Below, in pieces: positions 63,751 through 64,000 of a stretch of 64,000 bases of DNA. Both the position numbers and the translations under genes were made by a program. The stretch's first letter is position 1. Each line of letters begins with the position of its first letter. The notes beneath the pieces are model-generated. The model made no database searches. It saw only the letters and a program-made list of their open reading frames with translations, and was not told the origin of the DNA. Origin of the DNA: a virus. The stretch is from the IMG/VR virus record IMGVR_UViG_3300009152_000041, positions 1,901 through 65,900 of that record. One strand, given 5' to 3'.

Positions 63751-64000
63751 ATTTGATTGCCCCCATTGCTATCTGACGCATGTGCCATAATCTTCTTATG
63801 TTTCCTATTAATGAGATTCTTTGATTTTTTAAATATAAATAAGAAAGATCTTGACCTAAATTTAATTTACCAGATTCAACATCATCTATTGGAGCCAAGG
63901 TTATAGATCTAGTAGCAGCTATGATTTCATCTATATTATAAGAATCTATTTTAGCGCCGTCAAAACCAATGCAGTAGAGATAAAAGATAATCTGCCTATC
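63740..64000 (-). CDS. partial ORF truncated by window edge (not in track)
   Basis: Open frame ...YLYCIGFDGAKIDSYNIDEIIAATRSITLAPIDDVESGKLNLGQDLSYLYLKNQRISLIGNIRRLWHMRQIAMGAIKYDV* ending at 63740. Confidence 0.7.
   Translation of the reverse strand, partial: DRQIIFYLYCIGFDGAKIDSYNIDEIIAATRSITLAPIDDVESGKLNLGQDLSYLYLKNQRISLIGNIRRLWHMRQIAMGAIKYDV

Noticed and set aside
1-64000. CRISPR arrays, tRNA genes, integrase or transposase genes
   Set aside because: No spaced direct repeats, no cloverleaf-like segments and no transposase/integrase-like proteins recognised by eye. tRNAs were not searched computationally, and a CGG-decoding tRNA should be sought outside the window.

Overview
The window is a contiguous structural module of a large, AT-rich contractile-tailed phage. 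Essentially every gene is on the minus strand, transcribed from position 64000 toward 1. In transcription order I read: partial ORF, methyltransferase-like ORF, 2OG-Fe(II) oxygenase, neck/connector genes, two sheath-like proteins, three related tube-like proteins, chaperone-like genes, a 2260-aa tape-measure candidate, two roughly 1000-aa proteins, a 3798-aa hub-like protein, a multi-domain tail lysin, gpV/gp25/gpJ-like baseplate genes, a calcineurin-like phosphoesterase, very large baseplate/fibre proteins, a repeat protein, and an r1t-like holin followed by a terminator. The main discovery candidate is a genome-wide +1 frameshift at the sense codon CGG. I hand-scanned every 'ccg' on the + strand against the reading frame of each minus-strand CDS and found only nine in-frame CGG codons: 7144, 20729, 27666, 39587, 39836, 52224, 52381, 53025 and 60836 (low coordinate). 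All nine sit where an ORF stops soon afterwards (mostly 1-12 codons, once 41) while coding sequence resumes in the +1 frame. Several resumed frames have no ATG/GTG/TTG. Eight of nine sites are CGGA and one is CGGT; the nine preceding codons are all different, so P-site slippage on one heptamer does not explain them. CGG is otherwise absent in frame, including from the 3798-codon gene, although out-of-frame CGG is common. This suggests that CGG (or CGGN) is an unassigned or quadruplet-decoded codon acting as a +1 frameshift signal, with assembly artefact as the main alternative. It changes eight gene models relative to the supplied ORF track.
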